A DNA stretch of 64,000 nucleotides, taken from Syntrophales bacterium (GTDB lineage Bacteria > Desulfobacterota > Syntrophia > Syntrophales > UBA2210). Shown here in pieces: positions 10,406-20,789 of this stretch (its first letter is position 1; each line of letters opens with the position of its first letter). Where the stretch lies: positions 1-64,000 of the forward strand of contig CAXXKT010000002.1 of assembly GCA_963662405.2 (NCBI GenBank). The letters are read 5' to 3'. The notes under the pieces are model-generated. The model was not told the DNA's origin. It made no database searches and was given only the letters and a program-made list of their open reading frames with translations. The position numbers and the translations under genes are program-made.

Positions 10406-11551
10406 ATGAAAACAAAATCCTGGAAGATTTACAATCCCGGGGGAGACAAACGGGTGATTGTCACCAAGACACTACCGGGAGCGAAATGGATCGACCTCCT
10501 CACGCGGGCGGGTTGTCAGGTCGACGTCTGTACGTCTCCGAATGCCCTGAACGGAGATGAAATACTCTCTGCCATCGGGAACCGCTGTGATGGCGCAATC
10601 GGGCAGCTGACGGAGATGTGGGGGGAAGAATTATTTTCGGCCCTCCAGCGGGCCGGTGGAAAGGTGTACGGTAATTATGCCGTGGGGTATAACAATGTGG
10701 ACGTTGATGCCGCGACGCGCCATCACATCTGTGTCGGAAACACGCCCGGTGTCTTGACGGAGACAACCGCCGAGATGGCTGTTGCCCTTACCTTCGCAGC
10801 GGCCCGACGGGTTATCGAGGCCGATCGATTTATGCGCCAAGGACGATTTGAGGGATGGCTTCCAACCCTGTTTCTCGGACGGCTTCTCTATCGGGGAACC
10901 GTCGGTATCATCGGTGCGGGACGTATCGGTGTATCCTATGCACGCATGATGGTCGAGGGACACAAGATGGATCTCGTCTATTATGACCCGGTCAGAAATG
11001 AAAGACTCGAAGAATATGTAGCCGCCTATGCCGACCTTCTCGTTTCACATGGAAAAGGGCCGGTCACATGCACACGGGCCGAAACGCCGGAAGCACTGCT
11101 CCAGACCGCTGATGTCGTGAGCCTTCACCCGGTGCTGGATGCACATACTCACCATTTTATCGATGCCCGGCGCCTGAGGCTCATGAAAAAAAATGCCATT
11201 CTGATCAATGCGGGGAGGGGGGCGCTGATCGATGAGGAGGCCCTCGTCGCTCATTGTCGCAACAATCCGGACTTTCGTGTGGGGCTCGATGTCTTCGAAG
11301 ACGAACCCGATTTGAAACCGGGCCTCCGTGAGCTTGATAATGTCGTCATGACCCCCCATCTCGGTTCGGCGACCAGTTGGACGAGAGAGGGAATGGGTGT
11401 CCTTGCGGCGAGAAATGTGACTGGGGTATTGAAGGGTTATCCGGGTTGGGAGAGGGAGGACATGATGCCTTTTCTGGACAACGATCCACCGAAAGCTACG
11501 CCCAGCATCGTCAATCGGAAGGCTCTGGCAATGCCGACATATCTTCGGTGA
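10406..11551 (+). CDS. D-glycerate dehydrogenase / hydroxypyruvate reductase (plant HPR1-like)
   Basis: AVGYNNVD, GNTPGVLTETTAE, GAGRIG, GLDVFEDEP, PHLGSA; SD AGGGAGG before ATG 10406. Confidence 0.88.
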   Translation: MKTKSWKIYNPGGDKRVIVTKTLPGAKWIDLLTRAGCQVDVCTSPNALNGDEILSAIGNRCDGAIGQLTEMWGEELFSALQRAGGKVYGNYAVGYNNVDVDAATRHHICVGNTPGVLTETTAEMAVALTFAAARRVIEADRFMRQGRFEGWLPTLFLGRLLYRGTVGIIGAGRIGVSYARMMVEGHKMDLVYYDPVRNERLEEYVAAYADLLVSHGKGPVTCTRAETPEALLQTADVVSLHPVLDAHTHHFIDARRLRLMKKNAILINAGRGALIDEEALVAHCRNNPDFRVGLDVFEDEPDLKPGLRELDNVVMTPHLGSATSWTREGMGVLAARNVTGVLKGYPGWEREDMMPFLDNDPPKATPSIVNRKALAMPTYLR

Positions 11552-11780
11552 GGCAATATGCCGGAAACCGGTGGAAAACATTTCATTTCTTCCCGTGCTT
11601 TATCGCTCTTTTAAGGGGAGATCCGGAGAGATCCGGAGAGATCCCGTTTGTAGGGAGAGAAACCCTATCCCGGTCGCTTAAAAGGCGCGCCTTCCCGGTG
11701 TGAGCGGCATTCGCCGATTGCCCTTCGATGGTGATCATGTTATAAAAAATAGGGGTGAGATATATTGTCTTGAGGGTACG

Positions 11781-12878
11781 ATGAACGAAACCATACAAAG
11801 AAAAAAGACGCGTCAGATCTCAGTCGGTTCGGTCCGGATCGGAGGGAATGCCCCCGTTGCCGTTCAATCAATGACCTGTACCGATACGAGAGATGTGACG
11901 GCGACAATCAATCAGATCGAGAGATTGATCGAAGCGGGATGTGAAATTGTCCGGGTGGCGATTCCCGATGAGCGGGCGGTTCAGGCCCTGCCTGATATCA
12001 AAAAGGCCATATCGATTCCAGTGGTTGCGGACATCCATTTCGACGATCGTCTTGCCATCGGTGCCATCAGGAACGGTGCCGATTGTATCCGCATCAACCC
12101 GGGAAATATAGGGCAACACAAGCTCGGGCCGATCATTCAGGAAGCAAAAGACAAAAACATATCGATTCGTATCGGGATCAATTCGGGTTCGATCGAAAAG
12201 GATATTCTTTCACGGTATGGCGCCCCCACGACGAACGCCCTTGTTGAGAGCGCCCTGCGGAATATACGTTACTTCGAAGAGATGGGTTTTTACGAACTCA
12301 AACTCTCCGTGAAGGCCTCGGATGTTTCCACTATGATTGAAGCCAATCGTGCCCTGTCGAAGGCAACCGATTATCCACTCCACCTCGGAGTGACCGAGGC
12401 CGGACGCCTCCTTCAATCGGCCATCAAGTCATCCATCGGTATCGGGGCCCTTCTTCAAGAGGGGATCGGCGATACTATACGGGTCTCTATCTCGGGAGAT
12501 CCCGTTGACGAGGTCGGCGTTGCATATGACATCTTGAGGGCTCTAGGTATCAGGAAAGTGGGACCTGATATCGTTTCCTGTCCTACCTGCGGACGGTGCG
12601 AGGTGGACCTCTTCCGGCTGGTCCAAGAGGTGGAAGCCAGACTTTCCGGGATGAAAGATTACCTCAAGATTGCACTGATGGGGTGTGTCGTCAATGGGCC
12701 GGGGGAGGCCGCTGAGGCCGATATCGGCATCGCAGGGGGACGACACATGGGACTTCTTTTTAAAAAAGGAGTGGTGGTCCGTAAAGTACGGGAAGAGGAG
12801 TTCGTCGATACCTTGATGACTGAGATTGATTCCATGCTCGAAGACAGGCATAGGACGGAAAGTATAGCACCACGATAG
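11781..12878 (+). CDS. ispG: HMBPP synthase
   Basis: VQSMT, ADIHF, RINPGN, HLGVTEAG, SCPTCGR, MGCVVNGPGE. Confidence 0.96.
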   Translation: MNETIQRKKTRQISVGSVRIGGNAPVAVQSMTCTDTRDVTATINQIERLIEAGCEIVRVAIPDERAVQALPDIKKAISIPVVADIHFDDRLAIGAIRNGADCIRINPGNIGQHKLGPIIQEAKDKNISIRIGINSGSIEKDILSRYGAPTTNALVESALRNIRYFEEMGFYELKLSVKASDVSTMIEANRALSKATDYPLHLGVTEAGRLLQSAIKSSIGIGALLQEGIGDTIRVSISGDPVDEVGVAYDILRALGIRKVGPDIVSCPTCGRCEVDLFRLVQEVEARLSGMKDYLKIALMGCVVNGPGEAAEADIGIAGGRHMGLLFKKGVVVRKVREEEFVDTLMTEIDSMLEDRHRTESIAPR

Positions 12879-12896
12879 ACACCACAAGGAGGAAAA

Positions 12897-14606
12897 ATGC
12901 GTTACTCAGAGATGTTGCTGCCGACCACCAAGGAAACTCCCTCGGATGCGGAAATTGCAAGCCACCAGCTTATGTTGCGAGCGGGGCTGATACGAAAACT
13001 GGCCGGTGGTATCTATTCTTATCTGCCCCTGGGGTATCGAGTGATTCGAAAGGTGGAGAACATTATCCGTGAAGAGATGGACCGGGCGGGTGCCCAGGAG
13101 GTGTTTTTGCCGGCCGTTCAACCGGCCGAGCTTTGGATGGAATCGGGCCGGTGGAACATGTATGGAAAGGAATTGCTGCGGTTCAAAGACCGACACAATC
13201 GGAATTACTGCATCGGGCCGACACATGAAGAGGTCATTACGGCTCTGGTTCGCGATGAGATACAAACGTATCGCCAGCTTCCCCTGAATCTTTACCAAAT
13301 TCAGACAAAATTTCGTGATGAGATACGACCGCGGTTCGGGACTATGCGATCCCGGGAATTCGGCATGAAGGATGCCTATAGCTTTGACGCCACGGAAGAG
13401 GGGGCGGAGGACAGTTATCGTAAGATGTTCGATGCCTACAATCGTATATTCGAACGATGTGGTCTTCATTTTCGACCGGTAGAGGCGGACAGCGGCAATA
13501 TCGGGGGAAGTTTCTCTCATGAATTTATGGTCACCGCCGATTCGGGAGAGGATGCAATGGTTCATTGCACCGCATGTCCCTATGCTGCAAACCTTGAAAA
13601 GGCCGAATGCTCCCGACCGGAGGGAGAAACGGTTACTGACGATGATTCTCTGCCGCTGGAGGAGGTTCACACACCTGATGTGCGAACGATTGAAGAGGTC
13701 TGCGCATTTCTTGACGTGTCTCCGAGCGACGTGGTCAAGACGATGATATTCATGTCCGACGACACGCCCGTGGCCGCGCTGGTTCGGGGTGACGAAGAGA
13801 TCAATGAAGTAAAGCTCAGAAATTACCTGAAAAGTGACCGTCTTGAACTCGCGATGGACGACACCATCCTGGAGGTGACCGGTTCTCCCCGGGGATTCGC
13901 CGGACCTATCGGAATTAAGTGTCGTATTATCGCCGACTATTCTCTCCTCAATATCAAGAATTTCGTCGTGGGAGGAAACCGGGAAAATTACCACATTCAA
14001 AACTGCAACACCCCCCGGGATTTCAAGATCAGTGAGTACGCGGATCTGAGGGTGATACGAGAAGGAGACGTATGCCCACGCTGTGGCGAAACCATCCGGA
14101 TTGTCAGAGGTATTGAAGTAGGACACGTTTTCAAACTGGGTCTTAAGTACAGTAAAGCGATGAAGGCAATGTTCCTTGATCGTGACGGCAAAGAGAAATA
14201 CATGGTAATGGGGTGTTACGGCATAGGTGTCGGGAGAACGGTTGCCGCGTGTATCGAGCAGAGTCATGATGAAAACGGCATTATATGGCCAATGGCGATT
14301 GCGCCGTATCACGTCATTATCACGCCCGTCAACATGAACGATGAGGCGATTTCCCGGACTGCGGAAGAGCTGTATCGGGGGCTTGTCTCCGCCGGCATAC
14401 AGGTTATTCTGGATGATCGGGATGAACGGGCGGGAGTCAAATTTAAAGACGCCGACCTGATAGGAATACCCCTCAGGATCACGATCGGTTCCAAGGGGAT
14501 CGCCGAAGGGGTGACGGAGGTCAAATTCAGAAAATCGGGGACGGTTGAAAAAGTCCCGATTACAGCGGTGGTCGACTACATATCCGACATATTGGTTGAC
14601 GCATGA
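12897..14606 (+). CDS. proS: Proline--tRNA ligase
   Basis: GPTHEE, FRDEIRPRFG, editing insertion, MGCYGIG, KFKDADLIG. Confidence 0.97.
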   Translation: MRYSEMLLPTTKETPSDAEIASHQLMLRAGLIRKLAGGIYSYLPLGYRVIRKVENIIREEMDRAGAQEVFLPAVQPAELWMESGRWNMYGKELLRFKDRHNRNYCIGPTHEEVITALVRDEIQTYRQLPLNLYQIQTKFRDEIRPRFGTMRSREFGMKDAYSFDATEEGAEDSYRKMFDAYNRIFERCGLHFRPVEADSGNIGGSFSHEFMVTADSGEDAMVHCTACPYAANLEKAECSRPEGETVTDDDSLPLEEVHTPDVRTIEEVCAFLDVSPSDVVKTMIFMSDDTPVAALVRGDEEINEVKLRNYLKSDRLELAMDDTILEVTGSPRGFAGPIGIKCRIIADYSLLNIKNFVVGGNRENYHIQNCNTPRDFKISEYADLRVIREGDVCPRCGETIRIVRGIEVGHVFKLGLKYSKAMKAMFLDRDGKEKYMVMGCYGIGVGRTVAACIEQSHDENGIIWPMAIAPYHVIITPVNMNDEAISRTAEELYRGLVSAGIQVILDDRDERAGVKFKDADLIGIPLRITIGSKGIAEGVTEVKFRKSGTVEKVPITAVVDYISDILVDA

Positions 14607-14693
14607 TACGGCTCACATAAGCCCGATTCGCATACGAGCACAGTCTGTACAGAATGGATCCCCACCGCTGGCGCGATAATTGAGAAGTAACGT

Positions 14694-16901
14694 ATGATAC
14701 GGATAACCGACATATTGGAGGAAGCCCAGCAGTATCTCTCACGAAAAGATCTTGAGATGTTGGAAAAGGCTTATATCTTTTCAGCGTCCGTCCACCATGG
14801 ACAACTTCGGCTGTCGGGGGAACCGTATCTCATTCATCCCCTTGAGGTGACGGGTATGATGGTGGGGATGAGACTTGACGCCGCCACCTTGATTACCTGT
14901 CTCCTTCATGACACAGTGGAAGACACACTAGCGACCATCGAGCAGATAGAAGAGGCCTTCGGCAATGATGTCGCCTTTCTCGTAAACGGCCTGACCAAGA
15001 TCAGCAAGATAACCTTTGGTGATCAACTGGAACGTCAGGCGGAAAACTTCAGGAAGATGATCCTGGCGATGTCTTCCGATATCAGGATCCTTTTGGTGAA
15101 ACTGGCCGATCGGCTTCACAACATGCGCACACTCGACTTTCAACCACCGGACAGGCAGGTATTTATTGCGCAAGAGACCCTCGAGGTCTATGCCCCGCTG
15201 GCAGCCCGTCTGGGCATCAACTGGATAAAAGATGAACTGGAGGACCTGTCGCTGAAATATCTCCACCCGGAGGGATACTCTGAACTGGCCGAACGGATCG
15301 ACATGAAAAAAGGAGAGCGTGACCGCTACACGGAGGAGATAAAGAACATCATCTGGGAAAAGATAGAAAGCTTTGGCATCAAGGGAGAAGTCAGGGGAAG
15401 ATCAAAACATTTTTACAGCATCTTCAAAAAGATGCACGAGCAGCGCATCAATTTCGATGAGGTCTATGATCTGACGGCATTCCGAATCATTCTCGCTTCG
15501 GACGAAGAGAGGAAATGCTATGAGGTGCTCAGCGTGATTCACGCCCTCTGGAAACCCGTTCCCGGACGGTTCAAGGACTTCATCGCCATGCCGAAGGCAA
15601 ACAACTATCGTTCCCTGCATACAACGGTGATCGGCCCCTATGGCGAGCGGGTGGAGATACAGATACGTACAAAGGAGATGGATGAATGGGCGGAGAAAGG
15701 GATAGCCGCTCACTGGAAGTACAAGGAAGGGAAAACCTTTTCCACCGGGGATGAAGACCAGATCAACCAACTCAGGGAACTTCTCGACATGCAGAAAGAT
15801 CACAAGGATGCCAGGGAGTTTATGAAGAATTTGAAGCTGGCACTCTACCCCGATGAGGTCTATGTCTTTACCCCCCATGGTGACGTCAAATCCTTTCCGA
15901 AAGGCGCTACCCCGATCGATTTTGCCTACAGCGTCCATACCGATGTAGGGAACCAATGTATCGGGGCGAAGGTGAATCGTAGCATCGTACCCCTGAAATA
16001 CAAGCTCCAGAACGGAGATACCGTGGAAGTCATGACACAAACCGGCCATTATCCGAGCAAGGATTGGCTCAAATATGCGGTGACTTCACGGGCCTTATCA
16101 AAAATTAAACAGTGGATCAAAACGGAAGAGCGTGACAAGAGCATCGCCCTCGGACGTGATATCCTCGAAAAGGAATTGAAACGGCATCACCTCAAATTCG
16201 GCCAGTTGGTTAAGGCCAATGAATTTAGTACCATATTGGAGGAGAATTCACTCCCTACCGTGAACGATATGCTAGCCCTCATCGGGTATGGAAAGCTTTC
16301 GGCCCGGTATGTAACCAACCAGTTGCTGCATGAAGAAGAGGAGCAGCACGAAGAAAAAAGGGGGATTCTGGATAGGGTCAGGGATAGATTCAAGAAGGCT
16401 CCCTCCGATGCCGGAATCTCCATTACCGGGATCGATAACGTCATGGTGCGGTATGCAAAGTGCTGTAGTCCTCTTCCCGGCGATGACATCGTCGGCTGTG
16501 TGACGAGAGGGAGGGGAATCACCGTTCACATGGCCAACTGTCCCCGTATACAGGACATGGATCCCGAGAGAATTATCGAGGCCCAGTGGAATGTGGATGA
16601 GAAACAGACTTTCTCGGTCGGTGTCAGGGCAACCTGCAGGGACAAGAAAGGGCTCCTGTCGGAGCTGAGCAATGTCATATATTCTCTGGGCATCAACACG
16701 ACATACGTCAATGTCGATGCAACCCCGGGTAATTATGCGATCTGCAATTTTCAATTGGACGTCAAAGACCTGAAACAACTCAATCTGGTTATCTCAGAGC
16801 TTCACAAACTCAAGAGTGTTTCATCCGTTGAAAGGATGCACGAATCGTTTTCTCCGAAAGGAAGGGATAAAATACGCGAATCTATTGACACACGGCACTG
16901 A
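14694..16901 (+). CDS. relA: Bifunctional (p)ppGpp synthase/hydrolase (RelA/SpoT)
   Basis: HD hydrolase (LLHDTVED), synthase (YRSLHTT, EIQIRT), TGS, CC and ACT domains. Confidence 0.95.
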   Translation: MIRITDILEEAQQYLSRKDLEMLEKAYIFSASVHHGQLRLSGEPYLIHPLEVTGMMVGMRLDAATLITCLLHDTVEDTLATIEQIEEAFGNDVAFLVNGLTKISKITFGDQLERQAENFRKMILAMSSDIRILLVKLADRLHNMRTLDFQPPDRQVFIAQETLEVYAPLAARLGINWIKDELEDLSLKYLHPEGYSELAERIDMKKGERDRYTEEIKNIIWEKIESFGIKGEVRGRSKHFYSIFKKMHEQRINFDEVYDLTAFRIILASDEERKCYEVLSVIHALWKPVPGRFKDFIAMPKANNYRSLHTTVIGPYGERVEIQIRTKEMDEWAEKGIAAHWKYKEGKTFSTGDEDQINQLRELLDMQKDHKDAREFMKNLKLALYPDEVYVFTPHGDVKSFPKGATPIDFAYSVHTDVGNQCIGAKVNRSIVPLKYKLQNGDTVEVMTQTGHYPSKDWLKYAVTSRALSKIKQWIKTEERDKSIALGRDILEKELKRHHLKFGQLVKANEFSTILEENSLPTVNDMLALIGYGKLSARYVTNQLLHEEEEQHEEKRGILDRVRDRFKKAPSDAGISITGIDNVMVRYAKCCSPLPGDDIVGCVTRGRGITVHMANCPRIQDMDPERIIEAQWNVDEKQTFSVGVRATCRDKKGLLSELSNVIYSLGINTTYVNVDATPGNYAICNFQLDVKDLKQLNLVISELHKLKSVSSVERMHESFSPKGRDKIRESIDTRH

Positions 16902-16948
16902 ATTGCTGTAGTAGATCTGCGCAGTGAAGGGTGGGAGGGAGACGGTAG

Positions 16949-17647
16949 ATGAACACAGGATTACAAAACATCATACGGGGGTTATTGATAGTTCTCTGGT
17001 TTGTCTCTCCCCTGTCCGCCGGAGCGGCAGAGCATATGCTGATGATAGACCCTGCTCACGGGGGGGCCGATACCGGTGTTAAACTGTCCCGAACCGTGTA
17101 TGAGAAAGATATAACTCTTGCTATCGCGTTGGATATGAAGGAGCGTCTTTCCAAGACGAGCGGTATAACGATCCGCCTCACGCGGTCCGGTGATACCGAT
17201 CTTACATTGGCGGAGAGGAAGAATATCCTTCGACAATCAAATGCGGATCTCGGGATCAGTCTCCACGTCAATGCAGGGTTTGGGCTGAACGCTGAAGGGT
17301 ACGAGGTCTACTACCTTGGGGTCACGGCACCGTCCGCTCCCGAGCATAATTCAGGAGAGATCGTCAACGATATGGCACAGACACGATGTTTTAATAACAG
17401 TGTCCTTTTTGCCCAGATGGTACAAAAAAACATGGAACAGGTCTTCCCGCGGAAGGGGAGAGGTCTCCGGGAAGCACCGGTACACCTCCTACAGGCGCTA
17501 GAAATGCCGGCCATTCTCTTGGAAATAGGCTTCTCGACGAAACTTGAAGAAAAGAAACAGCTACGGGAAGACGCCGTGCAGAAGGCCGTTGCAGATGCCC
17601 TGACGCACAGTGTGAAAGAATATTTTTCGATGGATGGGTCATCATGA
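16949..17647 (+). CDS. N-acetylmuramoyl-L-alanine amidase (Amidase_3)
   Basis: Signal peptide, IDPAHGG, EK, SLHVN, LLEIGF. Confidence 0.88.
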   Translation: MNTGLQNIIRGLLIVLWFVSPLSAGAAEHMLMIDPAHGGADTGVKLSRTVYEKDITLAIALDMKERLSKTSGITIRLTRSGDTDLTLAERKNILRQSNADLGISLHVNAGFGLNAEGYEVYYLGVTAPSAPEHNSGEIVNDMAQTRCFNNSVLFAQMVQKNMEQVFPRKGRGLREAPVHLLQALEMPAILLEIGFSTKLEEKKQLREDAVQKAVADALTHSVKEYFSMDGSS

Positions 17648-18366
17648 TACGGTTTAACGGCCGCGGATGGAATGAAATGCGGCGGATAAAGATAACCAGA
17701 GACTTCGTCTCGAGTGCGAAGGGGTCGGTCCTCATAGAAATAGGGGATACACGCGTGATATGCGCTGCCTCATTGGAAGACCGTGTGCCCCCCTTTCTGA
17801 AGAATTCGGGAAGGGGATGGCTGACCGCTGAATACGCCATGCTCCCCGCGTCCACGCCGCAAAGGAATGCTCGGGAGTCAGCGAGTGGAAAGATCAAAGG
17901 GAGAACGCACGAGATCCAGCGTCTGATAGGACGGTCGCTGCGGGCCGTGACCGATATGGCCGCTTTCGGTGAACGGACGATCTTTATCGACTGCGATGTG
18001 ATTCAGGCCGATGGAGGCACACGAACCGCATCCATCACCGGGGGATTTATCGCGCTGGTGGATGCCGCACGCCGACTGAAAGAGGAGGGGCTGATAGAAC
18101 GCTTTCCTGTAAACGACTTTATCTCGGCGATCAGCGTCGGGATTGTCGACGGCGAAGTTCTTCTTGATCTGGATTATGCTGAAGATTCGCATGCCGATGT
18201 CGATATGAACGTAGTCATGACCGGCAGCAAAGGGATCGTCGAGATCCAGGGAACTGCCGAGGCGGAACCCTTTCAGAGAGAACTGCTGGGTCGGATGATC
18301 GACACGGCGGACGCAGGGATCTCTCAACTGACGGAAAAGCAGAAGGAACTTCTCGGATCGCTCTAA
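17644..18366 (+). CDS. rph: Ribonuclease PH
   Basis: [30 protein letters not shown]. Confidence 0.97.
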   Translation: MIRFNGRGWNEMRRIKITRDFVSSAKGSVLIEIGDTRVICAASLEDRVPPFLKNSGRGWLTAEYAMLPASTPQRNARESASGKIKGRTHEIQRLIGRSLRAVTDMAAFGERTIFIDCDVIQADGGTRTASITGGFIALVDAARRLKEEGLIERFPVNDFISAISVGIVDGEVLLDLDYAEDSHADVDMNVVMTGSKGIVEIQGTAEAEPFQRELLGRMIDTADAGISQLTEKQKELLGSL

Positions 18367-19037
18367 TGCCTCATTATCGCGCTCCCGGATCAGCGTATGC
18401 TATGAACGAAGATGAAAAGCAAACAATCATTATCGCCTCGGAAAACAAGGGAAAGGTACGAGAACTTAAAGCGCTGCTTGAGGGAATGGAAGTGGACCTC
18501 CGGTCGCTGAGCGACTATCCTGACGCTCCTCATGTCGAGGAGAATGGGCGCACATTTCTTGAGAATGCCTTCATAAAGGCACGCACGATATCTGACTTTA
18601 CCGGCATGACGGTCATTGCGGACGATTCCGGGTTGGAGGTTGACGCGCTCGGGGGGAGGCCTGGTATATATTCGGCCCGATATGCGGGAGATACAGCGAC
18701 AGACGAAGAAAATATTTGCAAACTCTTATACGAAATGGGATCTGTTCCGGAAGGCAAGAGAGGGGCAGCCTTCCGTTGTGTGCTGGTTTTGTACCGGACC
18801 AACGGGACCTCTGAAACCTTTGAGGGGACATTGAGAGGATCAATTACTCGGGAACCATCGGGTAAAGAAGGATTCGGTTATGACCCCGTCTTTTTTGTCC
18901 CGGAATATATGGTCACCGTTGCCGAACTCGATCCGGCTGTCAAGAACCGGATCAGTCACCGGGGAAAGGCATTTGCACAGCTCAAAGACCGTTTGGCCAA
19001 GGACCAGGCGGTCGATAAAAACTCAATCGGGGCGTAG
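18366..19037 (+). CDS. rdgB: XTP/dITP diphosphatase (start may be 18402)
   Basis: [30 protein letters not shown]. Confidence 0.93.
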   Translation: MPHYRAPGSAYAMNEDEKQTIIIASENKGKVRELKALLEGMEVDLRSLSDYPDAPHVEENGRTFLENAFIKARTISDFTGMTVIADDSGLEVDALGGRPGIYSARYAGDTATDEENICKLLYEMGSVPEGKRGAAFRCVLVLYRTNGTSETFEGTLRGSITREPSGKEGFGYDPVFFVPEYMVTVAELDPAVKNRISHRGKAFAQLKDRLAKDQAVDKNSIGA

Positions 19038-19104
19038 CGCAGCCTGGTAGCGCGCCTGCTTTGGGAGCAGGATGTCGCAGGTTCAAATCCTGCCGCCCCG
19101 ACCA
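19028..19104 (+). tRNA. tRNA-Pro(TGG)
   Basis: CGGGGCG acceptor stem, anticodon arm CCTGC-TTTGGGA-GCAGG, T loop GTTCAAATC, 3' ACCA. Confidence 0.97.
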
Positions 19105-19107
19105 TTT
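19060..19107 (+). repeat. attL of element A (48-bp tRNA-Pro 3' direct repeat, copy 1)
   Basis: TTTGGGAGCAGG...CCCCGACCATTT, identical to 28554-28601. Confidence 0.95.
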
Positions 19108-19323
19108 AAATCAAGTACTTATGATATATTCAGGGGAGTCAAAAAGAGATACTTTTATTACCGGACCGTTTCCGGTACCATTTTAATGAGTGCTTGAAGC
19201 ACAAAAAAGGCCCCCGATCTCTCAGGAGCTTCAAATCCTTGCAAAAAGATCAAGAATCCATTTCCTTACTAAGCAACATCAACATGCTATCCAAATACGA
19301 TAAAAAGAAGGGGGCATAAAAAC

Positions 19324-19734
19324 ATGGGATTTTTATCGCGCTTGTTCGGATCAAAAAAGCAAGAACTTATTGTCAATATACCTGGTCCCGGCCTATTTAA
19401 GCATGATGTAGTCGGGGAATCAAAATATCAGAAGGAGCTATCCGCAATATGTGGTGGCAAAACAGAGGACGGCCACAAAAAGGTTGTAACTGCCCTGCTG
19501 ATACATGAAGACACTAATAAATATGACAACAAAGCCATCCTTGTTGCTATTGATGGCAATCCGGTTGGTTATCTTGATAGAGAAAATGCGAGACAATTCA
19601 GGAAACTTCTTGCCGATGAAGGCTATCCCGGAGCCGGGGCAACATGTGCCGCCAAAATAGTCGGTGGCTGGCAAAGGAAAGACGGAGACGAAGGTCATTT
19701 CGGTGTCAAGCTTGATCTACCAGTGGTGGAATGA
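19324..19734 (+). CDS. HIRAN-domain-like protein
   Basis: VVGESKYQ...HEDTNKYDNKAILV...VGYL pattern typical of HIRAN. Confidence 0.7.
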   Translation: MGFLSRLFGSKKQELIVNIPGPGLFKHDVVGESKYQKELSAICGGKTEDGHKKVVTALLIHEDTNKYDNKAILVAIDGNPVGYLDRENARQFRKLLADEGYPGAGATCAAKIVGGWQRKDGDEGHFGVKLDLPVVE

Positions 19735-19944
19735 GGGCCGGGTGGTCTGGGTTCTGTTTTGAAAAGGGGGAGCTATGAAAACAAGCAGACTGATTAAATG
19801 TAAAAAACGTGACGGCAGTTATTGTTATTGTTCTTCTGATACTATTTTTTCTAACAGGCGGCTTCGGTCTGATGTATTAAGAATATGGGATGGAGCAATT
19901 AAAGAAAGGGTATAATTAACAGGCTTGAAAGGAGACCGTGGAAG

Positions 19945-20172
19945 ATGTCGCACACAATCAAAGAACTCCGAGAAACAAGTGATGAACAACTTATAATTGA
20001 CCATGATAAAAAAGCAGACAGTACCGATCCGGGTGTGAATTATTACCTCGATGAATTGCAGCGCAGGCAACAAAACAGACAAACCAAAATCATGTTGTGG
20101 CTTACTGTTGTGATAACGATATTAACAGCCGCCAATGTCATTACGGTTTTTGCTTCTCTGGCGTGTCGATAA
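19945..20172 (+). CDS. Small protein with C-terminal transmembrane helix
   Basis: 75-aa ORF with GGAG upstream and a hydrophobic tail IMLWLTVVITILTAANVITVF. Confidence 0.6.
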   Translation: MSHTIKELRETSDEQLIIDHDKKADSTDPGVNYYLDELQRRQQNRQTKIMLWLTVVITILTAANVITVFASLACR

Positions 20173-20344
20173 ATTCTCTGACTTCATATCGTCCTGGTTT
20201 CCGCTCAAAGCTATTCATTTCCGAGAGCTTTGCTTTCATAACCGCTCTGCCAGTTGACCACATAATCGCCCCGTCCCCGGTATTCATCCATCTTGAAATT
20301 TCGGTGTTCCATATTCCATAATGTTTCATATTGCTGTCCTCCAT
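20141..20344 (-). CDS. Small hypothetical protein
   Basis: ORF track; an internal GGAGG SD precedes the MKHYGIWN start. Confidence 0.45.
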   Translation of the reverse strand: MEDSNMKHYGIWNTEISRWMNTGDGAIMWSTGRAVMKAKLSEMNSFERKPGRYEVREFIDTPEKQKP

Positions 20345-20362
20345 TTTAAGAAAGGATCAAAT

Positions 20363-20552
20363 AATGACCGCACGAATAAAAAGTATTGACAACGATCTAA
20401 TAACCCTTGATGACGGTCACGCATATCGCGCCGAAAGAATGGATATGAATCGCCTATCATCGTGGAACGTTAATGACAAGGTTAGAATAGGATATGATTA
20501 CCTATTCCACTTTAAGCGCGAAAAAAAGGTACACGTCAGGCGCGAACGATAG
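20363..20552 (+). CDS. Small hypothetical protein (start approximate)
   Basis: AAGGA SD then MTARIKSIDNDLITLDDG...; beta-rich. Confidence 0.5.
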
Positions 20553-20718
20553 GAACCACGCACGCTACCTCTATAAGAAGTTTCCCCTCGCAGGCAATCT
20601 CTTGCCCCTGGAGATTTCTTTTTTTGAAATCGCGGTCAAGAGGATAAGCATCCTCTATTGATACGACTTCGATACCAGCCGCTTTAAGATCACTAATTAC
20701 CTTCTCTATTGTTCCCAT
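20536..20718 (-). CDS. Small hypothetical protein directly downstream of terL
   Basis: Strong AGGAGGTGAGGT SD, 60 aa. Confidence 0.6.
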   Translation of the reverse strand: MGTIEKVISDLKAAGIEVVSIEDAYPLDRDFKKRNLQGQEIACEGKLLIEVACVVPIVRA

Positions 20719-20789
20719 ACCTCACCTCCTGAATTTTTCTTAACTCTACCCCAGGCCGCCGTCTTCGGGAGAGGTCAACAATCTTGCGA

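Noticed and set aside
12906..14312. Long antisense ORFs (also 784-1752, 38549-39622, 41392-42396, 47316-48389, 55835-56686, 57929-58999)
   Set aside because: They are shadow frames opposite well-supported genes and show no motifs.
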